Shown here in pieces: positions 1 to 7,428 of a stretch of DNA of 32,000 nt. How positions within the stretch are numbered: position 1 is the first letter of the stretch; each line of letters opens with the position of its first letter. The stretch lies in assembly GCF_000023965.1 (NCBI RefSeq), contig NC_013202.1, positions 3,078,488-3,110,487 of the forward strand, given 5' to 3'. A program made the position numbers and the translations under genes. The notes below the pieces were generated by a model. That model ran no database searches. It was not told the origin of the DNA and saw only the letters and a list, made by a program, of their open reading frames with translations. This stretch comes from Halomicrobium mukohataei DSM 12286. Lineage in GTDB: Archaea > Halobacteriota > Halobacteria > Halobacteriales > Haloarculaceae.

Positions 1-459
1 GCCGACCCAGCCGGCGATCGGCAGCGTCGCGTCCAGCCCCGACATCGGCAGTTCGGCCCGAAACTGCGTGAGCTTCGCTCGCTCGCCAGACGCGACGCGG
101 ACACGCTCCGTACGGCCCCGTCCGATCGACTCGAAGCCGCGGTCTCGCAGCTCGGACTTGAAGGTCCTGTTGGCCTCCGAACGGACCGTCGGGAGGATCA
201 TCGCGGGGCCGATGCCGGGCGACAGCGACGGCGTAAACGTCAGCTTCGTCGCGAAGAAAAACCGCCAGCGCTGGTCGAGGCCGCCGTGCTCGGCGGCCGC
301 CCGACGAGTTCGCTCGTCACCGTACAGCAGCGTCGCGCCTTCGACACGGGTCCCGGGGAGCTGAAACACCGTCTCGACGGTCGCGTCCGTTCGGGTCCAG
401 CCGCCGTCTTCGAGTCGCCGCTCGGGGACCGAGGGGTACCGCTCGTCGGAAGGTGACAC
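1..459 (-). CDS. hypothetical protein, partial (N-terminal part in window, C-terminus beyond left edge)
   Basis: The frame opened by GTG at 457-459 stays open to position 1. The translation (VSPSDERYPSVPERRLEDGGWTRTDATVETVFQLPGTRVEGATLLYGDERTRRAAAEHGGLDQRWRFFFATKLTFTPSL...) has normal acidic composition, unlike the Arg/Pro-rich listed ORFs 68..364 and 240..461. No family recognised. Confidence 0.4.
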   Translation of the reverse strand, partial: MSPSDERYPSVPERRLEDGGWTRTDATVETVFQLPGTRVEGATLLYGDERTRRAAAEHGGLDQRWRFFFATKLTFTPSLSPGIGPAMILPTVRSEANRTFKSELRDRGFESIGRGRTERVRVASGERAKLTQFRAELPMSGLDATLPIAGWVG

Positions 460-504
460 ACCTCGTACTGGTGGCGGAACTCACCTAACAGTTCCGTCGA
501 ACGG

Positions 505-846
505 TCAGTGGTCGTCTTCGCGCCACTTGTGGTCGCACTCGGTACAGGTGAAAAAGCGCGTCTCGGACTCGTCGGCGGCCCGGATCTGCTTCATCTCCCA
601 GAAGGCCCGGTCGTTGCCACACTCGGGACAGTGTGCGTCCGTCGTCGGCCCCATGTCTTCGGCCTCGACCTCGGAAGTGTCGACGATCTCGCTCTCTTCC
701 TGGCCCTGCGTGGTCACCATCGAACTTTCGTCCGCCGCGTCGCGGGCCCGCTCGGCACCGCAGCTGCCACAGACCCAGACGCCGTCTTCGGCTTTCATCA
801 TCGAACCGCAGTCGTCACAGAACTCCATGGTTGACTGGGATTGCAA
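505..846 (-). CDS. tfs: transcription factor S (TFS / RpoM-like transcript cleavage factor)
   Basis: 113 aa. It has an N-terminal Zn ribbon (CDDCGS...CGSCG) and a C-terminal TFIIS-type Zn ribbon (CPECGN...CTECDHKW) with the acidic loop IRAADESETRFF, equivalent to the SADE catalytic hairpin. Confidence 0.85.
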   Translation of the reverse strand: MQSQSTMEFCDDCGSMMKAEDGVWVCGSCGAERARDAADESSMVTTQGQEESEIVDTSEVEAEDMGPTTDAHCPECGNDRAFWEMKQIRAADESETRFFTCTECDHKWREDDH

Positions 847-883
847 TCGAAGTGGTTTAAGCTCGGGGGTTCATCGCTCGGCG

Positions 884-1195
884 GTGTTCAGATAAGCAGC
901 AGCACTGACTGACATATAGACACCGAAAGCCCTCGTGCAGTTGCGGTCCCGCGGCTCGCTGCGCGCGCTCCGCGTGCTTGCTTCGCCGGGGTTCCCGCAA
1001 CTGCACTCGCCCTTTCATCCGCCAGGGTTCAGACGGTGAACCAGCCGATTCCTGGTGGATGAAAGGGCGAGGTGCGGTCGACGGTTCTGCGGCGGCACTA
1101 TCGAACGCAGTGAAGATATCCGCCACAGAACCGCCGAGCGTGCCGAGGGCTTTCGGTGCCTCGACGATGCTACTCTCGATCTCTTATCTGAACAC
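884..1195. repeat. nested inverted-repeat element; candidate structured ncRNA or MITE-like palindromic element
   Basis: Perfect complementary blocks read by eye: 884-896 gtgttcagataag / 1183-1195 cttatctgaacac (13 bp); 921-935 caccgaaagccctcg / 1144-1158 cgagggctttcggtg (15 bp); 936-946 / 995-1005 (11 bp); 1007-1020 / 1057-1070 (14 bp); 1082-1095 / 1120-1133 (14 bp with 1 mismatch). It fills the tfs / membrane-gene intergenic region. Confidence 0.8.
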
Positions 1196-1205
1196 TACCC
1201 ATCGC

Positions 1206-2222
1206 TCAGCGTTCCAGCCAGCTCGAACAGGCGTCGAGGTCGTCCATGGTTCGCTCGTGGAGCTGGCAGTACGGCCTCGACTCGCCGTCTTCCATCACGT
1301 ACTCGAAGTGTCGACAGTTCCCACAGTACGCTTCGAGGGAGTCTTCGTTCTCGTCACCGTCGCTCGTCGAATCGAGGACGTCGTTGCTGAAGGCTGCGCC
1401 ACCGGTCACCGTTCCGTCGCCTTCGATCACTTCGCCGCCGTCGGCGCTGGGTTCAGTCTGTAGTCCTCTGGAGTAGCCCGTGGCGGTGTCCGCGATGGGA
1501 TCGAAGGACTCCGTCTGGGTGGCATCGGCCGACCGTCGATCGGCGGCCGGCGACCCGCCGTCGTCGGCCGCGTCGCTGTCGTCGCGTGTTGCGCCCGTGA
1601 CGGTCGCGCCGTCGTGACCGGTCGACGCGGTCTCGCGGTTCGTCTGGGTCTCGACCTCGCCGTCGAGGTCCGTCCCGAAGAGGCCGACACCGCCAAAGCG
1701 GCCGAGCGAGCGGGCCTCTTCGACGAGCTGGATCGTCCCCTGGCGGGTGATCTCCATGCGGGCCGTCCCGCCGGGATCGTTGCGGGTCTTGAACGTCGCC
1801 AGTGCGACGAACAGACACCAGAAGATCGTGACGACGCCGAAGAAGTAGACGGCCGTCGTCGCCAGCGTCAGCAGCGGCGCGGCGGTGACCCAGTCGTAGG
1901 GATAGACGTGCTGGAACATGGCGACACCGATCGCCGTGATTCCCGTCCCGACGATTGCAGCCCCACGGACCGACCGCGACGCCGGGAGGACGGCGAAGAC
2001 GCCGAGCAACACGGCCGGTAAGCCGAGTCCCGCGAGGACCCCCGCAAGCTCTCGGGCAGGATACCGCCCCAGCGACTGGACACCCACGTTCGTCGTCGCC
2101 AGCGCGATGGCACCCACGACCATCGACCCACCGACGAGAAAGAGCGCGCTGCCGAGGAGCTGTTGTCGCCGGCTGGCCACCCGGCCGACGTTGCCCTCGT
2201 ACACGTCTGTGAGACTCGTCAT
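1206..2222 (-). CDS. membrane protein (about 4 TM) with acidic linker and C-terminal Cys-rich (zinc-ribbon-like) domain
   Basis: 338 aa with an ATG start. It has hydrophobic helices in the N-terminal 150 aa, a long D/E/T/G-rich linker, and a C-terminal YCGNCRHFEYV...PYCQLHERTMDDLDAC motif (CxxC...C...C). Composition is halophile-like. Confidence 0.75.
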   Translation of the reverse strand: MTSLTDVYEGNVGRVASRRQQLLGSALFLVGGSMVVGAIALATTNVGVQSLGRYPARELAGVLAGLGLPAVLLGVFAVLPASRSVRGAAIVGTGITAIGVAMFQHVYPYDWVTAAPLLTLATTAVYFFGVVTIFWCLFVALATFKTRNDPGGTARMEITRQGTIQLVEEARSLGRFGGVGLFGTDLDGEVETQTNRETASTGHDGATVTGATRDDSDAADDGGSPAADRRSADATQTESFDPIADTATGYSRGLQTEPSADGGEVIEGDGTVTGGAAFSNDVLDSTSDGDENEDSLEAYCGNCRHFEYVMEDGESRPYCQLHERTMDDLDACSSWLER

Positions 2223-2416
2223 GGCACGTCATAGGGCCGCTCCCCTCAAAACTACCCGTCAGACGGGTGGCATACGAGGCGGGAGCGACCGCCTCGGAAC
2301 ACGCGAGCGGGAGAGCGAAACGACACGCGAGCAGCGGGACGGTCCTCGGTAGCGATCGCGTCGAACGACGCCAGCGTTCCGAAAACCCTAATCACGGCCG
2401 CTCGGAACGTGGGCGT

Positions 2417-2701
2417 ATGAGCGACGACGAGGAAACCGACGACGGGCCGGCAGTCGAACTCGGCGAGGGCGATTCGGTCGCCGGTGCGCCGCTGGCACGC
2501 GTGAGCTCCCGACTCACCTGGGGTATCGAGCACAGCACGATCGTCGAACGCGAGGGCGACAGCGACATCCGTACGCCCGACGGTCCACAGCCACTCGCCG
2601 ACCTGATGGCCGACGTGGACGTGCCGTACTTCGAGCACCGGCGCGAGTTCGAGTCGGCCGTCCGTGGAGTGCTCGGCGACGGCCCGGTTGCGACCGAATA
2701 A
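2417..2701 (+). CDS. small acidic conserved hypothetical protein (94 aa)
   Basis: An ATG at 2417 gives MSDDEETDDGPAVELGEGDSVAGAPLARVSSRLTWGIEHSTIVEREGDSDIRTPDGPQPLADLMADVDVPYFEHRREF.... The upstream part of listed ORF 2267..2701 is Arg/Ser-rich and unlikely to be coding. A TATA-like ccctaatc lies about 30 nt upstream. It resembles small haloarchaeal DUF-type proteins, but the family name is not certain. Confidence 0.65.
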   Translation: MSDDEETDDGPAVELGEGDSVAGAPLARVSSRLTWGIEHSTIVEREGDSDIRTPDGPQPLADLMADVDVPYFEHRREFESAVRGVLGDGPVATE

Positions 2702-2821
2702 CACAGCGGACTGTTCTGTCGCAGTCGGCGTTCGCGGAGTCCGCGCTGTCGGCCACGCCGTCGGTTCGGTCGGGGCGTCTCCGAGCACACGACGCCAGTG
2801 TGGTCCGTGTCGCCCTCGCGG

Positions 2822-3100
2822 TTACCCGTGAGAACCGTCGTCGGTCCGATCTCGACGGTCGTCGGCGGCGTCGCTGTCGGCGCTGGACTGCTGTTTTCTG
2901 AGCTCGTCGACTTCGCGTTCGAGTTCGGCGATGCGCTCGTCCGTGCCGTCGTCCGAGGACCGGCGGAAATAGCGGATCGCCAGTCCCGCAGCCACAACGA
3001 CTGGCGCGGTCAACAGGACGAATATCAGAAGGACGATAATCAGTTCTTGCGTACCTGGGAGACCGAGCTGGAGGGCAATCACGTCCGGCACATCTGTCAC
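2822..3100 (-). CDS. small membrane protein: one TM helix plus acidic coiled-coil tail (start uncertain)
   Basis: LQLGLPGTQELIIVLLIFVLL is followed by a hydrophobic helix, then RIAELEREVDELRKQQ. Possible starts are GTG at 3100 or an internal GTG near 3082. It is a paralogue of the next gene. Confidence 0.55.
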   Translation of the reverse strand: MTDVPDVIALQLGLPGTQELIIVLLIFVLLTAPVVVAAGLAIRYFRRSSDDGTDERIAELEREVDELRKQQSSADSDAADDRRDRTDDGSHG

Positions 3101-3114
3101 GCCAGAACAAGAAC

Positions 3115-3318
3115 TTACTGGTCGTCGAGTCGATCCACCCGGCGCTGTAGCTCCTCGACCTGCTGTTCCAGTCGGTCGAGGCGTTGCTGGTCTGGCGAGC
3201 GGTTCTGCCGGACGAGCAAGACGCCGCCGACGAGCGCGAGCGACACCACGAGAAAGAGCAATAAGAGCGCGCCGACGAAGAGCAGTTCGACGCCGACCGG
3301 GAGCTGTAGCGGTTCCAT
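3115..3318 (-). CDS. small membrane protein: one TM helix plus coiled-coil tail (67 aa)
   Basis: ATG at 3318 gives MEPLQLPVGVELLFVGALLLLFLVVSLALVGGVLLV...RLDRLEQQVEELQRRVDRLDDQ. The architecture matches 2822..3100. The listed 3363 start is a TTG that overlaps the nreA stop. Confidence 0.55.
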   Translation of the reverse strand: MEPLQLPVGVELLFVGALLLLFLVVSLALVGGVLLVRQNRSPDQQRLDRLEQQVEELQRRVDRLDDQ

Positions 3319-3359
3319 ACCGGCGTCTGGACGGCGAGGCGTATAAGCGCTGTCGGCGA

Positions 3360-4643
3360 TCAAAAGTCGGCCAGCGTCGACTGGAGTCCCGCGACCATGT
3401 CGGATTTGCGCCGGAGCGTCCCCAGCGACACCGGGAGCTGTTCGGTGACGGCGGTCACGGCGTCGCGGAAGCTCTCGGCGACGGCGGGCTGATCGTGATA
3501 CCGGTGGTTCGCGTCGCCAGCACCCTCATCGAAGGCGTTTCGGACACCTTCGCGGACCTGCCAGACGCCGACGGGGGCCCAGTAGTCGTCGGTGACCTCT
3601 CGGAGGACGAGACACTTCGCCTGGCGGTCTCGCTCCTGGAGGTGTTCGAGCACGCCCAGCCGCGAGGCGTAGTACGCGCCGGCAGTCTCCTCGACGTAGC
3701 CGGTGCGGCCCTCGTAGCCCTCGTTAGCGCTGGCGAGGTAGTGAGTCTGGCCGGTCGGGTTCCAGACGCTCTCGGGGGCCTTCATCTCGACGAGTTCGAA
3801 CTCCCACTGGCCAAGGGTCATGAGGACCCAGTAGCGGTTGCCCATGTACTCGTTGTACCAGACCTCGGTCTGGTCGATGGTGTTGCGGTTCTGGATCGTG
3901 CCCCGGAGATACTGCCCGACCGTGTCGTCGACGGCGGTGATCGACCACCGCGTCGGGACGAGTGTGCGCTGACGGCGCTGGCCCAGCGCACCCGCCGAGA
4001 GGATCGTGTTGACCTCGTACACGTCGAAGCCACGGCGGTAGAGGTAGTTCATCGCGCCCTCTGCCTGCCAGTCGTCGTCCTCGAGGGTCTTCTCGACGGC
4101 GCGGGGGACGTGTGGGTTCTCCGCGAGGTCGGCGGTCGTCGCGTTGGCACGCGGCCCCGTGGGCGTGCCCACGTCGTCGAAGCGAACGTCCAGGTCCGGC
4201 GTGCCGTCGAGTCCGACCTCCACGTCGACGGGATGGTCGGCGATCGCGACCTCGCGCTGCGTGCCGACGAAGCCGTCCCACACGTCCGACACGTCGACGT
4301 TCGCCGAGCGCGTGCTGTTGAGCATCCCGGTCCGTCGCTGGAGCACGTCGTCGATCCCCAGCCCGTCCCGGTACCACTGGCCGCTGGTGGCGAACTGCTC
4401 GGCGTCGGCGTCGGACGCCATCGGCGAGAGCACGCCCGTCGACACGTCGGGATAGCCCGACCGGCCGACGAAGATCTCCGGCGCGGTCGAACCAAAGAGC
4501 GCGTCGCCCTGGACGGTCTCCTCGAACTGCCGTTCGACGTCCTCGAGGTGGTTCGTGATCTCGTAGGACTTCTCTTCGGCGAGGCGACGCCGCTCGGCGG
4601 CCTCGTCGCGATCGAACCCCTCGATGAACTCGTCGAGACGCAT
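3360..4643 (-). CDS. nreA: Nre-family DNA repair protein (NreA-like, DUF650/DUF651 type)
   Basis: 427 aa. It carries the conserved FGSTAPEIFVGRSGYPDVSTGVLSP block typical of archaeal Nre proteins. The C-terminus GLQSTLADF fits a PCNA-interacting PIP box (QxxLxxF). A TATA-like ttttatc lies about 30 nt upstream. Confidence 0.8.
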   Translation of the reverse strand: MRLDEFIEGFDRDEAAERRRLAEEKSYEITNHLEDVERQFEETVQGDALFGSTAPEIFVGRSGYPDVSTGVLSPMASDADAEQFATSGQWYRDGLGIDDVLQRRTGMLNSTRSANVDVSDVWDGFVGTQREVAIADHPVDVEVGLDGTPDLDVRFDDVGTPTGPRANATTADLAENPHVPRAVEKTLEDDDWQAEGAMNYLYRRGFDVYEVNTILSAGALGQRRQRTLVPTRWSITAVDDTVGQYLRGTIQNRNTIDQTEVWYNEYMGNRYWVLMTLGQWEFELVEMKAPESVWNPTGQTHYLASANEGYEGRTGYVEETAGAYYASRLGVLEHLQERDRQAKCLVLREVTDDYWAPVGVWQVREGVRNAFDEGAGDANHRYHDQPAVAESFRDAVTAVTEQLPVSLGTLRRKSDMVAGLQSTLADF

Positions 4644-4709
4644 CGAGAGAGCGTTGGACGCTCGGCGATAAAACAGTGACTCTCGTGGCGGGCACGCCGA
4701 CCGACGACT

Positions 4710-5081
4710 TCACGCGTACTGATCGTAGAAGTAGAGCCCGACCGCGACGAGCAGCGCGAACGAGCCGACGGTGTCGATCGAGCGCATCTGCGGGACGAGC
4801 TCGAACCCAGCGAGACCCTGATAGGCGATCGACAGCCCGGCGATGCCGAGTGTCGCCACCAGCGCGACCGCGACGGGCTCCGTCTCGCGGGCGCGACTGA
4901 TCCGCCGAGTGCCGACGCCACAGGCCAGTAACACGAGCACGCCGATGAGGAGGTCCGAGAGCGGCCCGGCGTAGGGATTCGTCGTCGAGAGTTCCGTGAC
5001 GAACAGCGCCACGTACACCAGCAGCGCACCGACGACGATCTGTCGCTGGCGCTGTGAGCGGATCGCGAAGATGTCTGTCAT
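4710..5081 (-). CDS. small integral membrane protein (about 4 TM, 123 aa)
   Basis: ATG at 5081 gives MTDIFAIRSQRQRQIVVGALLVYVALFV.... Only the C-terminal 123 aa of listed ORF 4710..5447 look like real protein. The upstream part is Arg/Thr-rich shadow sequence. Confidence 0.6.
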   Translation of the reverse strand: MTDIFAIRSQRQRQIVVGALLVYVALFVTELSTTNPYAGPLSDLLIGVLVLLACGVGTRRISRARETEPVAVALVATLGIAGLSIAYQGLAGFELVPQMRSIDTVGSFALLVAVGLYFYDQYA

Positions 5082-5229
5082 CGTCGGGCAATGGACAGGG
5101 GGAAAGATAACAGTGACGAGCACGAGGCGGTGCCAGCCGGCGACGTTCCGGACACCGGCGTCTCGCTGGTCGACGGCCCGACGGGACCGCCGTCGCGCTC
5201 GATCGGGACAGAACGTAACGTATACCAGA

Positions 5230-5889
5230 GTGGCACCGACAGTGGCGTCTGTGCCCTCCAACACAGACAGCGACGGTCCGCGAGACGTAGCCGCCGTCGT
5301 GCGTCGATACCGACGGCTCGAACGACCGATCAGCGCCGGCATCGCCGTCCTCGTCGGACTCGTCGCGGCCGTCGCGATCATCACGCTCCCGCTGGTGGTC
5401 GGCCTCGCGGTCGCCCTCGCCGTGTTCGTCGCCGTCCGCGTCCCCATCTTCGAGACCGGCGGGACGACGACGCTGTCGACCCAGCAGCGTCCCGACGAGG
5501 TGCGTGCGGCCTTCGAGAGTGCCAGCCCGCCGCCGCTGGTCTTCCAGTGGGGACTGGCCGACGAGGTCGAACAGACAGACGGAGGCTGGTCCTACGAGAT
5601 CTCGTATCTCCTGGGACTGCGGTCGGTCCGACTGCACGTCGAGACCCACTCCGGCGACGACGCCGACCTCGAACTGGTGGTCACCGTCGGCGACCAGTCG
5701 TGGGGGACCTACCGCGTCGACATCGAGGCCCGCGACGACGAGACGATCGTCGTGATCGACACGACCTCGGATCGCAGATTCGGCCTCCGACGGCTGCCAC
5801 AGTGGTTCGTGGGCCAGCGATACCGGGTGGCGGCGCTGTCCGCACAGGGCTACACCGTCGTCGAGCAGGACGCGCGACTGACGCTCTAG
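5230..5889 (+). CDS. hypothetical membrane-anchored protein (2 TM plus soluble beta-rich domain); start uncertain
   Basis: In-frame GTG candidates lie at 5230, 5242 and 5251. The sequence is ...RRYRRLERPISAGIAVLVGLVAAVAIITLPLVVGLAVALAVFVAV, then an acidic domain (WSYEISYLLGLRSVRLHVETHSGDDADLELVVTVGDQSWGTYRVDIEARDDETIVVID). The upstream part of listed ORF 4996..5889 is shadow-like. Confidence 0.55.
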   Translation: MAPTVASVPSNTDSDGPRDVAAVVRRYRRLERPISAGIAVLVGLVAAVAIITLPLVVGLAVALAVFVAVRVPIFETGGTTTLSTQQRPDEVRAAFESASPPPLVFQWGLADEVEQTDGGWSYEISYLLGLRSVRLHVETHSGDDADLELVVTVGDQSWGTYRVDIEARDDETIVVIDTTSDRRFGLRRLPQWFVGQRYRVAALSAQGYTVVEQDARLTL

Positions 5890-6146
5890 CGCCGCTCGAC
5901 GACCCGGTCGATCGTCAGCCGGTCGTAGCCCAGCCCCTCGTGGACCGCGAGCTCCAAGGCGTTGACGAGATAGTGGGCGACGACGACCACGAGCAGGCTG
6001 TCGGTGAGGACGAACCCGGCCGCCAGCGCCAGACCGAGCCCGCCGGTGACGAGCATCCCGACTCGCCCCTGCGCGCCGTGAGCGGCACCGAAGACGACCG
6101 ACGAGGCTGCGTGCAGCCACGGCGAGAGAGAGAAGCCAGCGGTCAG
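5886..6146 (-). pseudogene. 3' fragment of a CPBP (CAAX/Abi) protease gene; truncated duplicate of 7739..8551
   Basis: It translates to ...LTAGFSLSPWLHAASSVVFGAAHGAQGRVGMLVTGGLGLALAAGFVLTDSLLVVVVAHYLVNALELAVHEGLGYDRLTIDRVVERR*. This matches the C-terminal ~80 aa of the full gene, but there is no N-terminal part and no start. The stop (5886-5888) overlaps the convergent gene's stop. Confidence 0.8.
5908..6105. repeat. direct repeat, copy A (partner 7755..7952)
   Basis: Hand alignment gives 198 bp with 5 mismatches and an offset of 1847 bp. Weaker similarity continues to about 6146 / 7993. Confidence 0.9.
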
Positions 6147-6493
6147 CGCGCTAGGCGAGACCGTGACCGTCGAGAGTGTTGGCGACCATACGGGCGGCGA
6201 GGTCAGCCAGCTTTACGTGAAAGACCCCGTCAGATCGAAGGTCACGCCGTCCCACAAGATCTGTGGGGAAGAGTGCGTGCGTTTCGACGACAGTGAGTCG
6301 ACGACCGTCAAGTTCGACCACACACCCACGATCGGGCAACCATCATGTGACCGGACGGCGAGAAGCACGTCGAGGCCGACAGCTTCGAACCGATCGTCGG
6401 CGAGGACACTGTCCGGCTCGAAGTCGCAGACAGAGTTATTTATAATCGATTATAGACGCTGTCTTTTTCTTCAAACACCGGAAATATATTCAC

Positions 6494-7321
6494 TCACAAC
6501 ACAGCCTCTGCCTCTTCTTGGTCTTCCGGATACGACCATGAATCCGCACCTGTATCAATATTCACCCCGAGCGGAGGATATGTAAGAACAACACTTTCTA
6601 AGAAATTAAGACCAGCATTCCCAAATACGCTCCAGGTGTGTTCGTATGTTCCTGCGATTCTGCCCGGTACCCTATCCGGGAAGTTTTGTTTGTTCAGAGT
6701 GAATTGGAGGCTTCCAACAATTTTCTCCGGATGCTGGAAGCTCAAATCATTATCACTTACTTTTATTCCAACTGCTGAGGCACCATCACTGCCGATAGGG
6801 TTGTCGTCAGGTTCTTCGGTTTTAATGTCTTCAACTTCTCCAGATGTGCTGTACCCCTGGCAACTATGTTCGATAGAATCACTACCATCTAATCCAAATT
6901 GGCTGTCCTCCCATCCAATAACTACTCCATCTTTGGGTGGTGCTCCGTCAATGTCTACTTTTTCTTGGAAAAACAAGCTCCAGCTTAGCATAACATCAAT
7001 CTTTTTGCCGAGATCATTTGCCATAAATTGGCAATTTGATTCGCTTGAGTCATAATGGCTGAAAAAGTCTTGAGTTTGGACCGAATCTGATTTTTCACCC
7101 GGCGAGAATTCGCCAGTTAGATCATTTGCTTTGAGTTTAAAGCCCGCATGCTCAGCGAGAGCATACGCTTCCTCAAAGTTTTGGTTAGCAACCGCCGTCT
7201 GGATTTGACTCCGAATATGCTTTTTATGTCTCCCACGACTCCCTTGTCCCGAGACAGTTGCGCTAATGAATGGTACTGATAGGGCGGTACCTGCGGTCTT
7301 TAGAATCGATCTTCGATCCAT
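6494..7321 (-). CDS. secreted orphan protein with twin-arginine (Tat) signal peptide
   Basis: ATG at 7321 gives MDRRSILKTAGTALSVPFISATVSGQG..., that is, RR plus a hydrophobic stretch plus A-x-V-S-G. The mature part is about 250 aa, acidic and beta-rich, with 2 Cys. Codons are AT-rich. No family recognised. Confidence 0.7.
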   Translation of the reverse strand: MDRRSILKTAGTALSVPFISATVSGQGSRGRHKKHIRSQIQTAVANQNFEEAYALAEHAGFKLKANDLTGEFSPGEKSDSVQTQDFFSHYDSSESNCQFMANDLGKKIDVMLSWSLFFQEKVDIDGAPPKDGVVIGWEDSQFGLDGSDSIEHSCQGYSTSGEVEDIKTEEPDDNPIGSDGASAVGIKVSDNDLSFQHPEKIVGSLQFTLNKQNFPDRVPGRIAGTYEHTWSVFGNAGLNFLESVVLTYPPLGVNIDTGADSWSYPEDQEEAEAVL

Positions 7322-7428
7322 ATTGCAGATTGACATTCGTATAGACATGTATTAAATGTATGTAATTAGGATATAAACTCCTATAGTATATCACAAAATA
7401 CTTATATGTGTTGATAATTATTTTAGGT

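Noticed and set aside
884-1195. Whether the nested inverted-repeat element is SRP (7S) RNA, RNase P RNA or an oriC with ORB repeats.
   Set aside because: I see no UGUAAC-type Alu-domain motif or GGAA/GNAR helix-8 apex with an AGCA-type loop, so SRP RNA is unlikely. There is no GGAAAGUCC/ACAGAAA conserved region and it is too short for RNase P RNA. The centre is GC-rich rather than an AT-rich unwinding element, and no orc1/cdc6 gene is adjacent, so an origin is unlikely.
2822-3100. Calling the small membrane protein a TatA/TatE translocase subunit.
   Set aside because: Only the first ~20 residues resemble TatA. The conserved FG hinge and the amphipathic helix (..FG..KLP...R..G) are absent, so the TatA call is not supported.
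3724-6120. Very long ORFs in alternative frames or strands, for example 3724..6120 (798 aa), 7479..8543, 11092..12309, 12566..13597, 13198..14595, 16549..17877, 19759..20805, 25274..26293 and 28549..29457.
   Set aside because: Their translations are dominated by Arg/Pro/Gly/Ala runs, which is typical of stop-poor off-frames in high-GC DNA. They overlap genes with clear family motifs. The similarity between 3724..6120 and 7479..8543 only reflects the CPBP direct repeat read in a wrong frame.
6151-6585. Listed ORFs 6151..6339 (minus), 6163..6585 (plus) and 6263..6445 (plus) as island genes.
   Set aside because: They mutually overlap, have no credible start context or motif, and the plus-strand ORF runs antisense into the 3' end of the Tat-protein gene. 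I treated the region as a decayed, non-coding remnant.
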